A stretch of 63,667 bases of DNA, filler included, from Octopus bimaculoides (taxonomy: Eukaryota), in NCBI RefSeq assembly GCF_001194135.2. It is 4 parts of 4 records of this genome, joined end to end, with 100 filler letters (N's around TTAATTAATTAA, not from the genome) between each part and the next. Parts side by side here need not be neighbours in the genome. Positions count along the whole stretch, not along the records: positions 45,868 to 55,677 come from NC_068997.1; positions 55,778 to 63,667 come from NC_068986.1; 2 more parts are not named here. One strand, 5' to 3'. Made by a program: the position numbers and the translations under genes. Of this stretch, positions 50,074-61,739 are shown in pieces. Each line of letters opens with the position of its first letter. Positions within the stretch are counted from its first letter, which is position 1. Under the pieces are notes generated by a model. The model worked only from the letters and a program-made list of their open reading frames with translations. It searched no databases and was not told the origin of the DNA.

Positions 50074-50183
50074 TAATATGTATATATATATATATATATA
50101 TATNNNNNNNNNNNNNNNNNNNNNNNNNNNNNNNNNNNNNNNNNNNNNNNNNNNNNNNNNNNNNNNNNNNNNNNNNNNNNNNN

Positions 50184-50214
<31 letters not shown>

Positions 50215-50566
50215 ACGATCGTGCGAACCCAAAAGGAGAAATGGTGACGAATGGGAAAAAACAGGACTCCTTTTATTTAAAACACGTCACACGGTCGAAC
50301 ACAAAAATTATATCAAATGATATATGAATATGTTATACTTCGATAACATTAGTGAATTCGTAAATGACCAGTAATGAAAGACGATAAACACAACCGTATG
50401 AGATGAATAACAAATATTTATTGTGACATTAAAATGTATGTCTGTGTGTGAGTGTGAATGCGACATAATGAAAACATAATAAAAGACGGGCTGTCGTATA
50501 AAGAAAAGAGTGTGTGTGAGTGATACATGTATATGTGTATGCGTTATATACAGCAGATAAAAAGAG

Positions 50567-50833
50567 TCAGTAACACGTGTGAGCATTTGCCGGTTTGTTG
50601 AGTACACAATAGGAAGAGTCTGTATGTGTAAGAAGTTGAGGCGTGTGTGTGGCAGGGCGATCACTGGTTGTGATGTTGTGGCTTCCATGCCGGGCCAGGT
50701 TCTTGTTATACAGATGTTCGTCGCAGGCTGGGATCTTGGCTGTTATTTCGTGGTGAAGAGGAATCACACAAACAGAATCGAAGAGAGAGAGATGTGCCGC
50801 GGTAGTTTGGTAGCTTGTGTACGTAGAAATCAT
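50567..50833 (-). CDS. Candidate orphan small ORF (88 aa); alternatively a uORF or non-coding transcript
   Basis: First ATG downstream of the TATA promoter, context ATCAACATG, in-frame stop upstream; AATAAA at 50422-50417 and 50277-50272. No recognisable domain. Confidence 0.3.
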   Translation of the reverse strand: MISTYTSYQTTAAHLSLFDSVCVIPLHHEITAKIPACDEHLYNKNLARHGSHNITTSDRPATHTPQLLTHTDSSYCVLNKPANAHTCY

Positions 50834-51039
50834 GTTGATGATATTGGCGCCGTCGGTGGCGAATCTTGTAGTTCGTAGTTGAAGTGGTGTTGACGTTGGC
50901 GGCGATGATGCTGGTTAGTAGTCGTAGAGTCGTGTTGCTGATGGCGACGTCGGTGGTAGTCGTAGCTGGACGAAGCTGTTGGTTGTTGTCGCTGGCTGCT
51001 GCTGCTGCTGTGTGGTACACAGAACAGGTCTCTAAGAGA

Positions 51040-51260
51040 TCTGAACCGAGACGAATTTTGCCGCTGAATTTAGGCTATTTATAGTTGATGGTAGGCTCCA
51101 AAAGGCATCAGAAAAATACTCTATCACGTGACCTTATTAGGGGCCACGGTTGGTCAGTTTGCGTTCTGGCGGGAACGGTACGAAGCGGTTGCCGCTTCAA
51201 ATAATAATCAGTCACGTGATGACAGGGAAAGATGTTTTCCACTACGCCCGCGCTTGTATA
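51040..51260 (-). promoter_or_regulatory. TATA-containing Pol II promoter with CArG box and two E-boxes
   Basis: TATAAATA (minus, 51083-51076); TTCAGA initiator-like about 30 nt downstream; CCTTATTAGG (51132-51141, perfect CC(A/T)6GG); ATCACGTGAC (51123-51132) and GTCACGTGAT (51211-51220); TTCCCGCC E2F-like on the minus strand at about 51168-51175; CpG-rich region. Confidence 0.6.
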
Positions 51261-51336
51261 TATATAATAGTGAGAAGATGTGTTTCTTTGTGTACAATGG
51301 CGATAGGTAGTTTCACTACATATATATATGTGTGTG

Positions 51337-52195
51337 TTAGGTTGTCAAGAAAGTTCTTGCGGGTTTTAACCTTTAAATTCAGATGCACATATCTCGGCTC
51401 AAACAAAACTTTATTAATCGAAATAAGCACCATCAGAATCAACACACTCTTGCCAACGTGAAACAAGTTTATTTATGCCAGTAGCGTAAAAATCCTGTGT
51501 TCTGGCGGCGATTAAGTCGTTGAAGGCGTGTTTGGCATCGTCTTGGTTTTTGGAGCATTTCTCACGCAGGAAGCTGTCGTGATGCTTGAAAAAGTGGTAG
51601 TCGGTAGACGAGAGGTCTGGTGAGTATGGCGGATGAGGCAGAGTTCCGTAGCCCAATTCGTTCAACTTCTGCAGGGTCAGTTGTGCGACGTGCGGCCGAA
51701 TGTTATCGTGGAGAAGAATTGGTCTTTTTCTATTGACCGATGCTGGCTATTGTTGTCGCAGTTTCTTATGCATTTCATCCATTTGCTGACAGTACCTCTC
51801 CGCCGTAATGGGTTCGCCTGGATCCAAAAAGCTGTGCTGGATGAGACAGGCCGCAGACCACCAAACAGTCACCATGATCTTCTTTTGGTGCAACTTTGGC
51901 TTCGGGAAGTGCTGTGGAGCTTCGTCGGCGTCCAACCACTGAGCTGAGTGTCGCCGGTTGTCGTAAAGAATCCACTTTTTATCGCAAGTCACAATCCGGT
52001 CGAGAAACAGGTCATTCTTGTTGCGTAAAAGAAAGGAAGACGACACTTCAAAACGGCTTTTCTTGTTTTTTTTTTTGGTTGTCGTTCAATTCGTGCAGCA
52101 CCCATTTCTCAAGTATTTTTGTTTTTCCATTCTTTCAAATGGTTGGAAATGTCTAAGTCAGAAGCAGGCTCTCGAACAGTTGTGCGTTGATGTGA
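51337..52195 (-). mobile_element. 5'-truncated mariner transposon (DD34D transposase pseudogene)
   Basis: WVLHEL (WVPHEL motif), FLDRIVTCDKKWILYDN, LLHDNIRPH...HPPYSPDLSSTDYHFF (D-34-D), INKLVSRWQECVDSDGAYFD*; a premature TAG at 51747-51749 in an otherwise continuous frame; A-run frameshift at about 52065; TIR-like TTAGGTTGTCAAGAAAGTTCTTGCGG at 51337. Confidence 0.95.
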
Positions 52196-52591
52196 GCTAA
52201 TCTTCATGATCATAGTCTCCGAGACATATGGCCTCCTACGTCACCAGCCTTCAATCCACTGGAGCGTTACGTAAGAGGCGTAGTAAGGAGACAGATGTCA
52301 GTCAACACCTCCATAGCACCACACAATTTCAAGTCCCCCACAACCAGTACTATATTCAAAATCAATAAAGATCACCTGATTCAGGCATGGGAACACTTTT
52401 GACTCCGTATTCAAGTAGGCATTGATGCTAACGATCGATTCATCGAGTAGATATGAAAAAGGGACTCTAAAGATTATTTGTACCAATCTGTTTTCAAATA
52501 CAGTTTTTCTTTGATATGTTATACGTCTTTTTCTAAATTCATACGAATGACCTCAAAAAAAAGAAAGAAATAAAGAAACTGATGCACCCTG
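52195..52591 (+). mobile_element. DD37D (maT)-like transposase C-terminal remnant with terminus
   Basis: NLHDHSLRDIWPPTSPAFNPLERYVRGVV... and NKDHLIQAWEHF*LRIQVGIDANDRFIE*; ends in GCACCCTG. Confidence 0.75.
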
Positions 52592-54329
52592 TTTATATCT
52601 GTGAGCGCGCGTAGCTTTGCTGCAATAAACAGGAGAAATACAATTAAATAAATGAGTATATACATATTTTACCATTTGTTAACGACAGAAGTTACAAATT
52701 GACTCACGGGTCGAGGGTTTCGTACATGGTACTTATCAAACTGACTTCAGATTTGAAGCTAGTTTAATGACTGTCATGTTTGATATATTAATCAGTTATA
52801 GCCATAAACATAGCTGTGTGGTAAGTAGTTTCTTTCCCATCCACGTGGTTCTGGGTCCAGCCCCACTATGTGGCACCTTGGGCAAGTGTCTTTAACTATA
52901 GTTCCAGGCTGACCTAAGCCTTGTGACGAAACTGTTAATTGCGAGAGGAAAAGATTGCATTGTGGTTGTTCGAAGTTTGAAAAAGAGAGAATGAAGCACG
53001 AGAAGATCAAGAGAAAGCTAAGAAAGAATGAACCAATAGAAAATGAAGGGGTGTTGTTTTTTTTATGCGTGTGATTTGTAGGAGGAAATGCTTATACCAA
53101 CCAGCACAACTGTGCCCTATGCAATTAAATGTGCAAATCTTTGGCAGGGCGCAAGAGTCATATACGGGCCTCACATTGCCTTATCAATGATTCATTTCAA
53201 TGATTCTTTCTACCAATGGCTTTGCTGGTATACGAGAAAGCAGCCACTATATATATATACATACATACATNNNNNNNNNNNNNNNNNNNNNNNNNNNNNN
53301 NNNNNNNNNNNNNNNNNNNNNNNNNNNNNNNNNNNNNNNNNNNNNNNNNNNNNNNNNNNNNNNNNNNNNNNNNNNNNNNNNNNNNNNNNNNNNNNNNNNN
53401 NNNNNCATATATATGTTGATACACATGCATATATGGGTACAGGATGTCATAGAACGTAAACATGAAATACGAAAACATTGAATACGATCTGTTTTTGCGA
53501 ACAACGGCGTCAGTGTCCCCCCCCCCACAACTGCTCGACAACCGGCACTGGTTTGTCTACGTCCCCGTACTTAGCGGCTCGATGTAAGAGACTGTTAGAA
53601 TAAGTACTGGACTTAAAAAGAATATCTCTTGGGATCGATTTGTTTGACTAAAACCCTTCAAGGCGTTGCCCTAGATTGGTCGTAGTTCAGTGAATGCAAA
53701 AAGTAAGATGGTTTTCAATTATGCAGACAATAACTCACTATTTTGCTAACGAATTTTGAAGACCACAAATTTGGAACTAATGTAAGGGAGATAACTGTTA
53801 TATACTTGAATATGTATACCTTATTAGAATTATTCCCCATGGCTGGGGTATTGATTATGAGATGAATTTTCTTATTGTTGCTGTTATTTAATGGTTCATA
53901 AAAACAAAAAAAAACACTAGCAATCCGTTGGTTGCGACAAGTGTTCAATTTGATCCAATTAGCAGAACAGCCTGCTCGTGAAATTAATATGCAAGGAGCT
54001 GAGTACTCCACAGACACGAGTATTATTAACGTTGTTCTCTTGGAGATTCAGTGTGACACAGAATGTGACAAGGTTGGTCCTTTGAATTACAGGTACAACT
54101 CATTTTTGCCGGCTGAGTGGACTGCGGTAATATAAAGTAAAATAGTGGACTGCAATAATATAAAATAATGTTCTTACTCAAGAACATAACGCACCGCCAG
54201 GAATCGAACTCACGATCGTCAACGAATACCCTAGCCACTAAGCCACGTACCTTGACTATTTGCAGACATGATCAATAGTTTTCCAGTTTATATTTTGACA
54301 TTGAATATAAGTAGTTTCTTAAATGCACA

Positions 54330-54503
54330 GATGTGGATGTATGGGAAGTAGCTTGCTTCCCAACCACGCGGCATCGGGTTCAGTTCCACTGCGAGGGCAC
54401 CTTGCGCAAGCGTCTTCAACTATAGTTCCCGGTTGACCAAAGCCTTGTGAGCAGATTTAGTAGACAGAAACTGAAAGGAGCCCGCCGCGCGCGTGTGTGT
54501 GTT

Positions 54504-54545
<42 letters not shown>

Positions 54546-54780
54546 CATACACATACACACATATATGTATTTGTTCAGCACCACAGGTTGACGACCGGTA
54601 TCAATTTGTTTACGTCTCCGTAACGTAACGGTTTGGTAAAAGAGACCGATAGATTAAGCATCAGGCTTTAAAAAGAAACGCCTAAGTACTGGAGTTAATT
54701 CGTTGGGCTAAAATACTTCAATGCCCCAGTATGGCCGCAGTCTAATGATTGTAACAAATAACAGATAAACGATAAAAGAT
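54330..54780 (+). mobile_element. Family A SINE, diverged, with internal (TAGA)n
   Basis: Head, body and tail recognisable; the internal microsatellite differs from other copies. Confidence 0.8.
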
Positions 54781-55511
54781 ATGTGTTTATGTCAATCATG
54801 AGTTGTAATGTTTCACTCTCCCTCTTTTTACCTTTATATGTATATTTCTGCACGTGCATGAGTGTATTTGTCTCCAACGCCAAAAAGCACTGTCGCCAAA
54901 ACATGAATGAGTATCCAGTCAGTCAGGCCAAATCATCATCGTCCACACAGCTACGCCCAATTGTCTCATTTCGAGTAAACCCACCCCTAGTCACCACCCC
55001 TAGGAACCGTACCTCCCTAGAATACATATTTGCATTTAGATGGGCTGGGTACAGTGATTCACTAAAATTACTCATGTGATCTATTTACAGCCAAATAGAC
55101 TGTGGCTATACATAATATATAAGGCACCTCTGAATAGTACCTGTTTATAGTCAAGTTAAATAACGGTCGTTTCAACAGCATTATAACACCCCCATCCAAG
55201 GTAAAGCAACGCTCCAGGCCCCATAGCATTAATGTAATAACAACCCAAGGATACTTAGATTAGCATCGGGTCCCTAAACCCGTCCGACTTCCAGGCAATT
55301 GTGCCCTGTATCCTATTACGTTAAAATTGACGTTCGACTGGGTTTAAACAATGAAGAGCATTTCCGTATGGTCTCTGTTTGATTTGAAACGGCTGGCAGT
55401 GGTAGAAAGTGTTGGTTATCTTGGATAAGAGAGAGGAAGAGAGAGGGGGGGAATTGTATATATGTGACTGTGGTGGTGGTGGTGGTGGGGTTATGTGCAT
55501 GTGAGAATGTA

Positions 55512-55667
55512 CCGTGTTTGATGGCATAAAAGACACTCTGGCATGTCTAATGCACCCCTGTTTCGGCAGCGCATTTTCAGGAATAAAATGTTTGTAGCGC
55601 ATTGATGTTCCCACATTGAACCCGATTTTAGAGGGGAATATTGCGTCTTCTGTACAATTAAATACGG
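55512..55667. mobile_element. pogo/Tigger-like MITE
   Basis: TA|CCGTGTTTGATGG...AAAGAC and GTCTTC...AAATACGG|T imperfect inverted termini. Confidence 0.5.
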
Positions 55668-55816
55668 TCATTGTATGNNNNNNNNNNNNNNNNNNNNNNN
55701 NNNNNNNNNNNNNNNNNNNNNTTAATTAATTAANNNNNNNNNNNNNNNNNNNNNNNNNNNNNNNNNNNNNNNNNNNNTTGAGGTATTGTAGTGTATTTCT
55801 TTGAGATATATACATA

Positions 55817-56130
55817 CAGGGTGCGGTGAATAAACTGTCGTCTAGATTACGCAAAAATGAAAATGTCACTGACATCTCATTTTAACAGACTTAATTACAT
55901 AGAATTACATAAAAATATCTTGAAATACTAAAGAGAAAATTTATTTTCATAAAATTGCCTTTGGCTTCAGCCACGGCCTCGAGACGAATTCGGAATGTTC
56001 TGCAACTCTTCTGGACGAACTTCTTGTTTAAGTTGGTGAATGCTACCATAATCCTTGCCTTCAGTTTGTCTTTGGTTTTACAAGGGGTTTTGTTGGTCTC
56101 TCACTCAACTGCGCGCCACGCATAATTGCT
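55817..56130 (-). mobile_element. Second DD37D (maT)-like remnant
   Basis: TA|CAGGGTGC terminus; minus translation YAWRAVE*ETNKTPCKTKDKLKARIMVAFTNLNKKFVQKSCRTFRIRLEAVAEAKGNF. Confidence 0.8.
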
Positions 56131-56515
56131 TACCTATTGAATATCCAAAACGGATTAAAACTGCATAGATATATTATTGTTCTTATTCATTTGAATTTGT
56201 CTTATATATGTTCATACATAGATACATACATAAATATACATATGTGTGTGTCTGTGTGTCTGTGTGTGTGCGTATGTGCATGTGTATATAAGTATATATA
56301 CATATATATGTATATGTATAAATATATAAATATAATATATATATATATAAATATATATATATACGTACATATATATANNNNNNNNNNNNNNNNNNNNNNN
56401 NNNNNNNNNNNNNNNNNNNNNNNNNNNNNNNNNNNNNNNNNNNNNNNNNNNNNNNNNNNNNNNNNNNNNNNNAGAGAGAGAGAGAGAGAGATAGATAGAT
56501 AGATAAATAGATAAT

Positions 56516-56999
56516 TATAAGGTGTATTATGACCATTTATAGAACGCAGTCTTATATAAACTCAACAAACAATTAAACATGGAGAAGAGAAGATGTTAAA
56601 AGTTTTTAAAACATTTTAATCCTTGCATACGATCGTTTCAAATGGTAACACCAATATGTAAAAAACATGGAAGAGATTACATTAATTATAAGTTAATTAA
56701 TTTAATTACATATTACCATTCTCCTCGGTGCAAAAATGAAGGATATATCAGAAAATTCGTAACAGAAGATAAATCACGCTGTTACAGGAGACTGCATTGA
56801 GTCCAAGTCGCATAACTTGTTCGGATATTAATAAAAAGATTGTGAACGATGAAATATAAGAACGTGCTTCGGTAGTGTTGAGTCTAGTCGTGTAAGAACT
56901 AAAACTTTAAAAAAACTTTTAACATCACTTCTCCATTTTTAATTGTTTGTTGAGTTTATATAGGACCGGATTCCATAAATGCTCCTAATACAACTTATA
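56516..56999. mobile_element. About 480-bp MITE with about 100-bp imperfect TIRs
   Basis: TATAAGGTGTATTATGACCATTTATAGAACGCAGTCTTATATAAACTCAACAAACAATTAAA...GATGTTAAAAGTTTTTAAA is mirrored at 56905-56999. Confidence 0.8.
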
Positions 57000-58093
57000 C
57001 TGGCAAAATTTTCATATCTTTAATATAATACTTGCAATAGTAATCTACTAATTTAATATTAAGAATCTTTATTAGAAACCTAACTTTGGACACCATGGAA
57101 ACTAACTTTGGACCTGTAGAAACTACTGCTCCCTTTCCCGCAATGTCGGCCGCTGGGCCTATCTGCGAAATACTTTTGTCTTTTGAAACTTATACACCAT
57201 AACATTGTCTTCCCGCAGTTTCCAAACAGAAGTTCTCTATCAAATATTTTATGTTGAGGAAATGTAAATTTCACGTTGATTGTACGAGATATGTCTAATG
57301 AATATTGCATTAAGCACTAATGAAGACTAAATTGATGTATAATCAATAGATTTTAGGTGTGGTGTCTTTACAATTAAATGTAGTTTGATGCTGAGTGGCA
57401 TATTGATATTAAATGAATAGTGGGATATAAAGAAACATAAATGAAAATAGCAGAATGTGTTATTTTTATTTTGCTTTAGTATTTAAGGCATAACCGTATT
57501 GACAGTTGAGGTGACACAGATATGAAAGCATATAGAGAGAGATATGCAGTGAGGTAGTAACAACATATTAAAATCAGTCGTTACAAGTTTACGCATCTAT
57601 GTGTATATGTACGAATGTCCGAAACCTATGATGGTGATGATATTGATGACTGCACTCGTTGGCTACGACAATGTTTATATTCACTGGAGGATATTTGCAA
57701 ATGAATGACATCAAAATCAAATTTTAAAATTTTTCAAAAGGAATAATGAAAGAACAAAATCTAAAAGCTATGTCTCGTTTGACGATAATAATGAGCATAT
57801 ACTACGCTTATTTTCCTTGGAAAATGATGATTCTGAGGGAAAATAAAAGCATGTAAATTAAGGGGATCAAGCTTGCCTATAATTTTCAGAAATCATAGGA
57901 TAACAATTATATTAAGGAACTTCATTACATCAAGTTATGGTCTTTGAGAAGTGATCTGCTAAAATGCTTATGAAACTTTGATTGGTCCTTCATAGGAACT
58001 TGACTCGAAAGTTTCATTAAAAAAAAAAAGAAAATTCCTTGATAATCTAAGAATATTGAATGAAAAAGTGAATTGTTTACTCCTCATTTATGA

Positions 58094-58159
<66 letters not shown>

Positions 58160-58580
58160 TATATNNNNNNNNNNNNNNNNNNNNNNNNNNNNNNNNNNNN
58201 NNNNNNNNNNNNNNNNNNNNNNNNNNNNNNNNNNNNNNNNNNNNNNNNNNNNNNNNNNNNNNNNNNNNNNNNNNNNNNNNNNNNNNNNNNNNNNNNNNNN
58301 NNNNNNNNNNNNNNNNNNNNNNNNNNNNNNNNNNNNNNNNNNNNNNNNNNNNNNNNNNNNNNNNNNNNNNNNNNNNNNNNNNNNNNNNNNNNNNNNNNNN
58401 NNNNNNNNNNNNNNNNNNNNNNNNNNNNNNNNNNNNNNNNNNNNNNNNNNNNNNNNNNNNNNNNNNNNNNNNNNNNNNNNNNNNNNNNNNNNNNNNNNNN
58501 NNNNNNNNNNNNNNNNNNNNNNNNNNNNNNNNNNNNNNNNNNNNNNNNNNNNNNNNNNNNNNATATATATATATATATAC

Positions 58581-58690
58581 GTGGAGGCACAATGGCCCGG
58601 TGGTTAGGGCAGCGGACTCGCAGTCGGAGTATCGCGGTTTCGATTCCCAGCCTTTGTGTGTGTTTATTAAGCGAAAACACTTATGCGACC
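58581..58690 (+). mobile_element. tRNA-like SINE head (another family)
   Basis: GGAGGCACAATGGCCCGGTGGTTAGGGCAGCGGACTC...GGTTTCGATTCCC (A and B boxes) followed by non-tRNA sequence. Confidence 0.7.
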
Positions 58691-59016
58691 ACAAAATACT
58701 ATAAAGTATATTAAACGTTTTTATAAGAATTGTAGCTACAGATTATTTGTACTGTGAAATTAGAAGTTACTTTTCAATCACCCTGCATATATATATATAT
58801 ACACACATGGCTCCTGTTATGAGAACCCAGTTAGGCTCGAACATCGATTAAAGTTCAACACTTTTTTTCAGTTTACGGAGAAATGGTTAAGTTTGCTATG
58901 TTTGTAAATCTAGAATGTTGTTTTATTTATATTGTATCATACATATCTTTTTACTGTGTAGACTGAGACAGCCATAGGCAGGCTATTGATATTAATTAAA
59001 ATGTTAAACGCTTATA

Positions 59017-59275
59017 GAGCCTCTTCGGTCATTAATGACCATGGAATGCACCGTGAAAGTTCCCCTCTGCGGTACAAGTCTGGACAAAGTTGTCTATGGA
59101 AAACCTGCAGTTGCCCATGCAACCAATATTACTCAAGGGAAAGGCAAAGGCCGATACAGGCTTGGCACCAGTGACGTCGCAACTCATTTCTACAGCTGAC
59201 TGAACTGGAGTTACGTGGAATAAAGTGTCTTGCTCAAGAACTCAGCACACAACCCAGTCCAGGAAATTGAAGTCA
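59017..59275 (-). mobile_element. Family E SINE lacking most of its head
   Basis: Reverse complement matches 59335-59612. Confidence 0.85.
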
Positions 59276-59282
59276 CTACTGA

Positions 59283-59612
59283 AGGCGCAGGCCTCAGTGG
59301 TTAGAGCGTCGAGCTCACAATCATGACGCTGTGAGTTCGATTCTCGGACGGGCTGTGTGTTGTGTTCTTGTAGCAAGACACTTTATTTCACATTGCTCCT
59401 GTTCACTTAGTTGTAGAAATGAGTCACTGGTGCCAAGCCGTATCAGCCTTTGCCTTTCTCTTGGATAACATTGGTCGCATGGAGAGGGGAGGTTGGTATG
59501 CATGGGTGATTGTTGGTCTTTCAAAAACAACCTTGCCCGGACTTGTGCCTCGGAGCAGAACTTTCTAGGTGCAATCCCATGGTTATTCATCACCGAAAAT
59601 GGTCTTCACCCT
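59283..59612 (+). mobile_element. Family E tRNA-derived SINE, full length
   Basis: GGCGCAGGCCTCAGTGGTTAGAGCG...GAGTTCGATTCTC, then TTGTGTTCTTG.AGCAAGACACTTTATTTCAC core; other copies at 17825-17995 and 38455-38625. Confidence 0.85.
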
Positions 59613-59861
59613 TTAAACGCTTATGCTATGCAAAATGGTTGGCCCAGTTCTATGAAGTTACTGGATGTATTGTACATGAATAGATTTGTTACTTATTTAC
59701 CTGCAATTACGTAAATGATGTCGAAAGCTGTAATTTGAACCCAATAAAGTTCAAAAATCGATTAAAGTTGTTCAATTTTTTTTCAATTTACAAAGAACTT
59801 GTTAGACTTGCCATGTTAGTATTTCCTCTAAGTAAATCTACACCTCCCACACACACTCAGT

Positions 59862-59909
<48 letters not shown>

Positions 59910-60069
59910 TAAATAGAAAACATTTTTTTTCAAAATTGGTGGTAAATATCTCAATAGTTGTTTCAATTTTCATATCAATGATTATATGAAAATATTGATA
60001 CAATATTATGTTTTCACATAAATGCTTTCAGGTAAATGTTTTCACAAAGAAATTTTTATACGTAAAAAT

Positions 60070-60185
<116 letters not shown>

Positions 60186-61739
60186 ATCCATATATTATTG
60201 ATGCATGAGCGTGTGTACGTATGTGTGTAATATACTTTGATGCGGTGTGTACTTTTCTCCAATAGTTTTGTTAATTTTTGTACTCGAACTTTGAGTATCG
60301 CTGTACACTAATCGCATATATAAAGGTTTGTTTGTTGGTTGATTTCTCCAATAACACATTATATCATATAGAGTGAGGGAGAAAGAATAAATAACTGGTA
60401 TATAAAGTTTATATCTGAAGTGCAGAATGAGTGCGCTTACTAGGTTTAGTGGTAGGCAACGAGTAAAGGGAGGCTGTATACACATACAGTGAGAAAAAAA
60501 GAATCATAGAGACAGAGGACTGGAAGAGGAAAGGAAATAAAATTAGAGAGAGGTTACAGAAATGAGAATTTTGTTTTATTTCATTTCATTTTAAGAGAAT
60601 AAATACTTTTGAAAATTAGTATATATTTTATTAATTTTAACAAACACAAAGAAAGTTGATGCAAGTTAAATTATAATAATTGTACGTATGTCATATTTCC
60701 TGATATTATCAAAGGAATACTTAAAGGGTTACTCTAGTTTATTATTGAATGACTACTGCAATATATCTAAGTTTATATTTCAAATTAAAATCACATTCGC
60801 AAGTGTTTCCCATGACATCATCGGTTTGAAGTGACACCGCTCTTGCACAGGCATGGCTGACAACGCGAGCAATGGAATTGGAAACTTCCTAAGCCATATT
60901 TGAATATAAATACCCGATTACATTCTATAAATTTCTGCTAGTTTTTCATGATGTTTTAAATATTCTTCTATCGTTTGGGTGAGTCTTATGTTTAATGGGT
61001 GCCCATAAAATAGATCATTGAAATAGAATTAGTGAAAGCAATGCGTATTTGATACCAATGCCCCGCTGAATTAAAATCTCTGAGTGATTTTCATCATGAT
61101 AAGCTAAACGTCATGACTGTATTTGCTCTTGCAAAGAGCTCCATCCTGCTGGCACCCAACACTTGCAGCAATATCAAATATACGGCACGAGTAACAGTTT
61201 TGCGCAATAAGATTTATCTTGTTAACCCACATTGCAGCCTGTGGTTATTTCACACAATATCTCTCCATAACATACGGATTCTCAGTCACATACGAACCAC
61301 AGGTAGCCTCGTATTAAAACGTATATCCACTTTTGTTAAATTAGATTGAATTTTTGTCTCTCGAATTCTCCTTTCATTTCAGCCAATTTCTATTACATTT
61401 AAACAAATACACATGAAACAGAACAAAATCAACATTCAATGAAATATAGAGTATATAAATGTGTATACATTGTTTGTTACCCTTATATATGAACTCATGA
61501 GTGTATGTGAATGTGTGTGCGTGTGTGTGTGTGTGTGTGTGCGTGTGTGTGTGCGTGCGTGTGTGCGTGTGTGTGTGTGTACGTGTGTGTGTNNNNNNNN
61601 NNGTGTGTGTGTGTGTGTGTGTGCGTGTGTGTGTGCGTGTGTGTGTGTGCGTGCGTGTGTGTGTGTGCGTGTGTGTGTGCGCGTGTGTGTGAGTGTGCGT
61701 GCGTGCATGGTTGTAAGTGTGCGTGTGTGTATGTATGTA

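Noticed and set aside
57080-57310. GC-richer unique patch with a 76-aa minus ORF
   Set aside because: No recognisable motif or consistent splice sites in any frame.
58581-58660. Possible tRNA gene (also 59283-59350 and the family A and B heads)
   Set aside because: A and B boxes are present but no closing acceptor stem is evident, and the sequence continues into SINE bodies.
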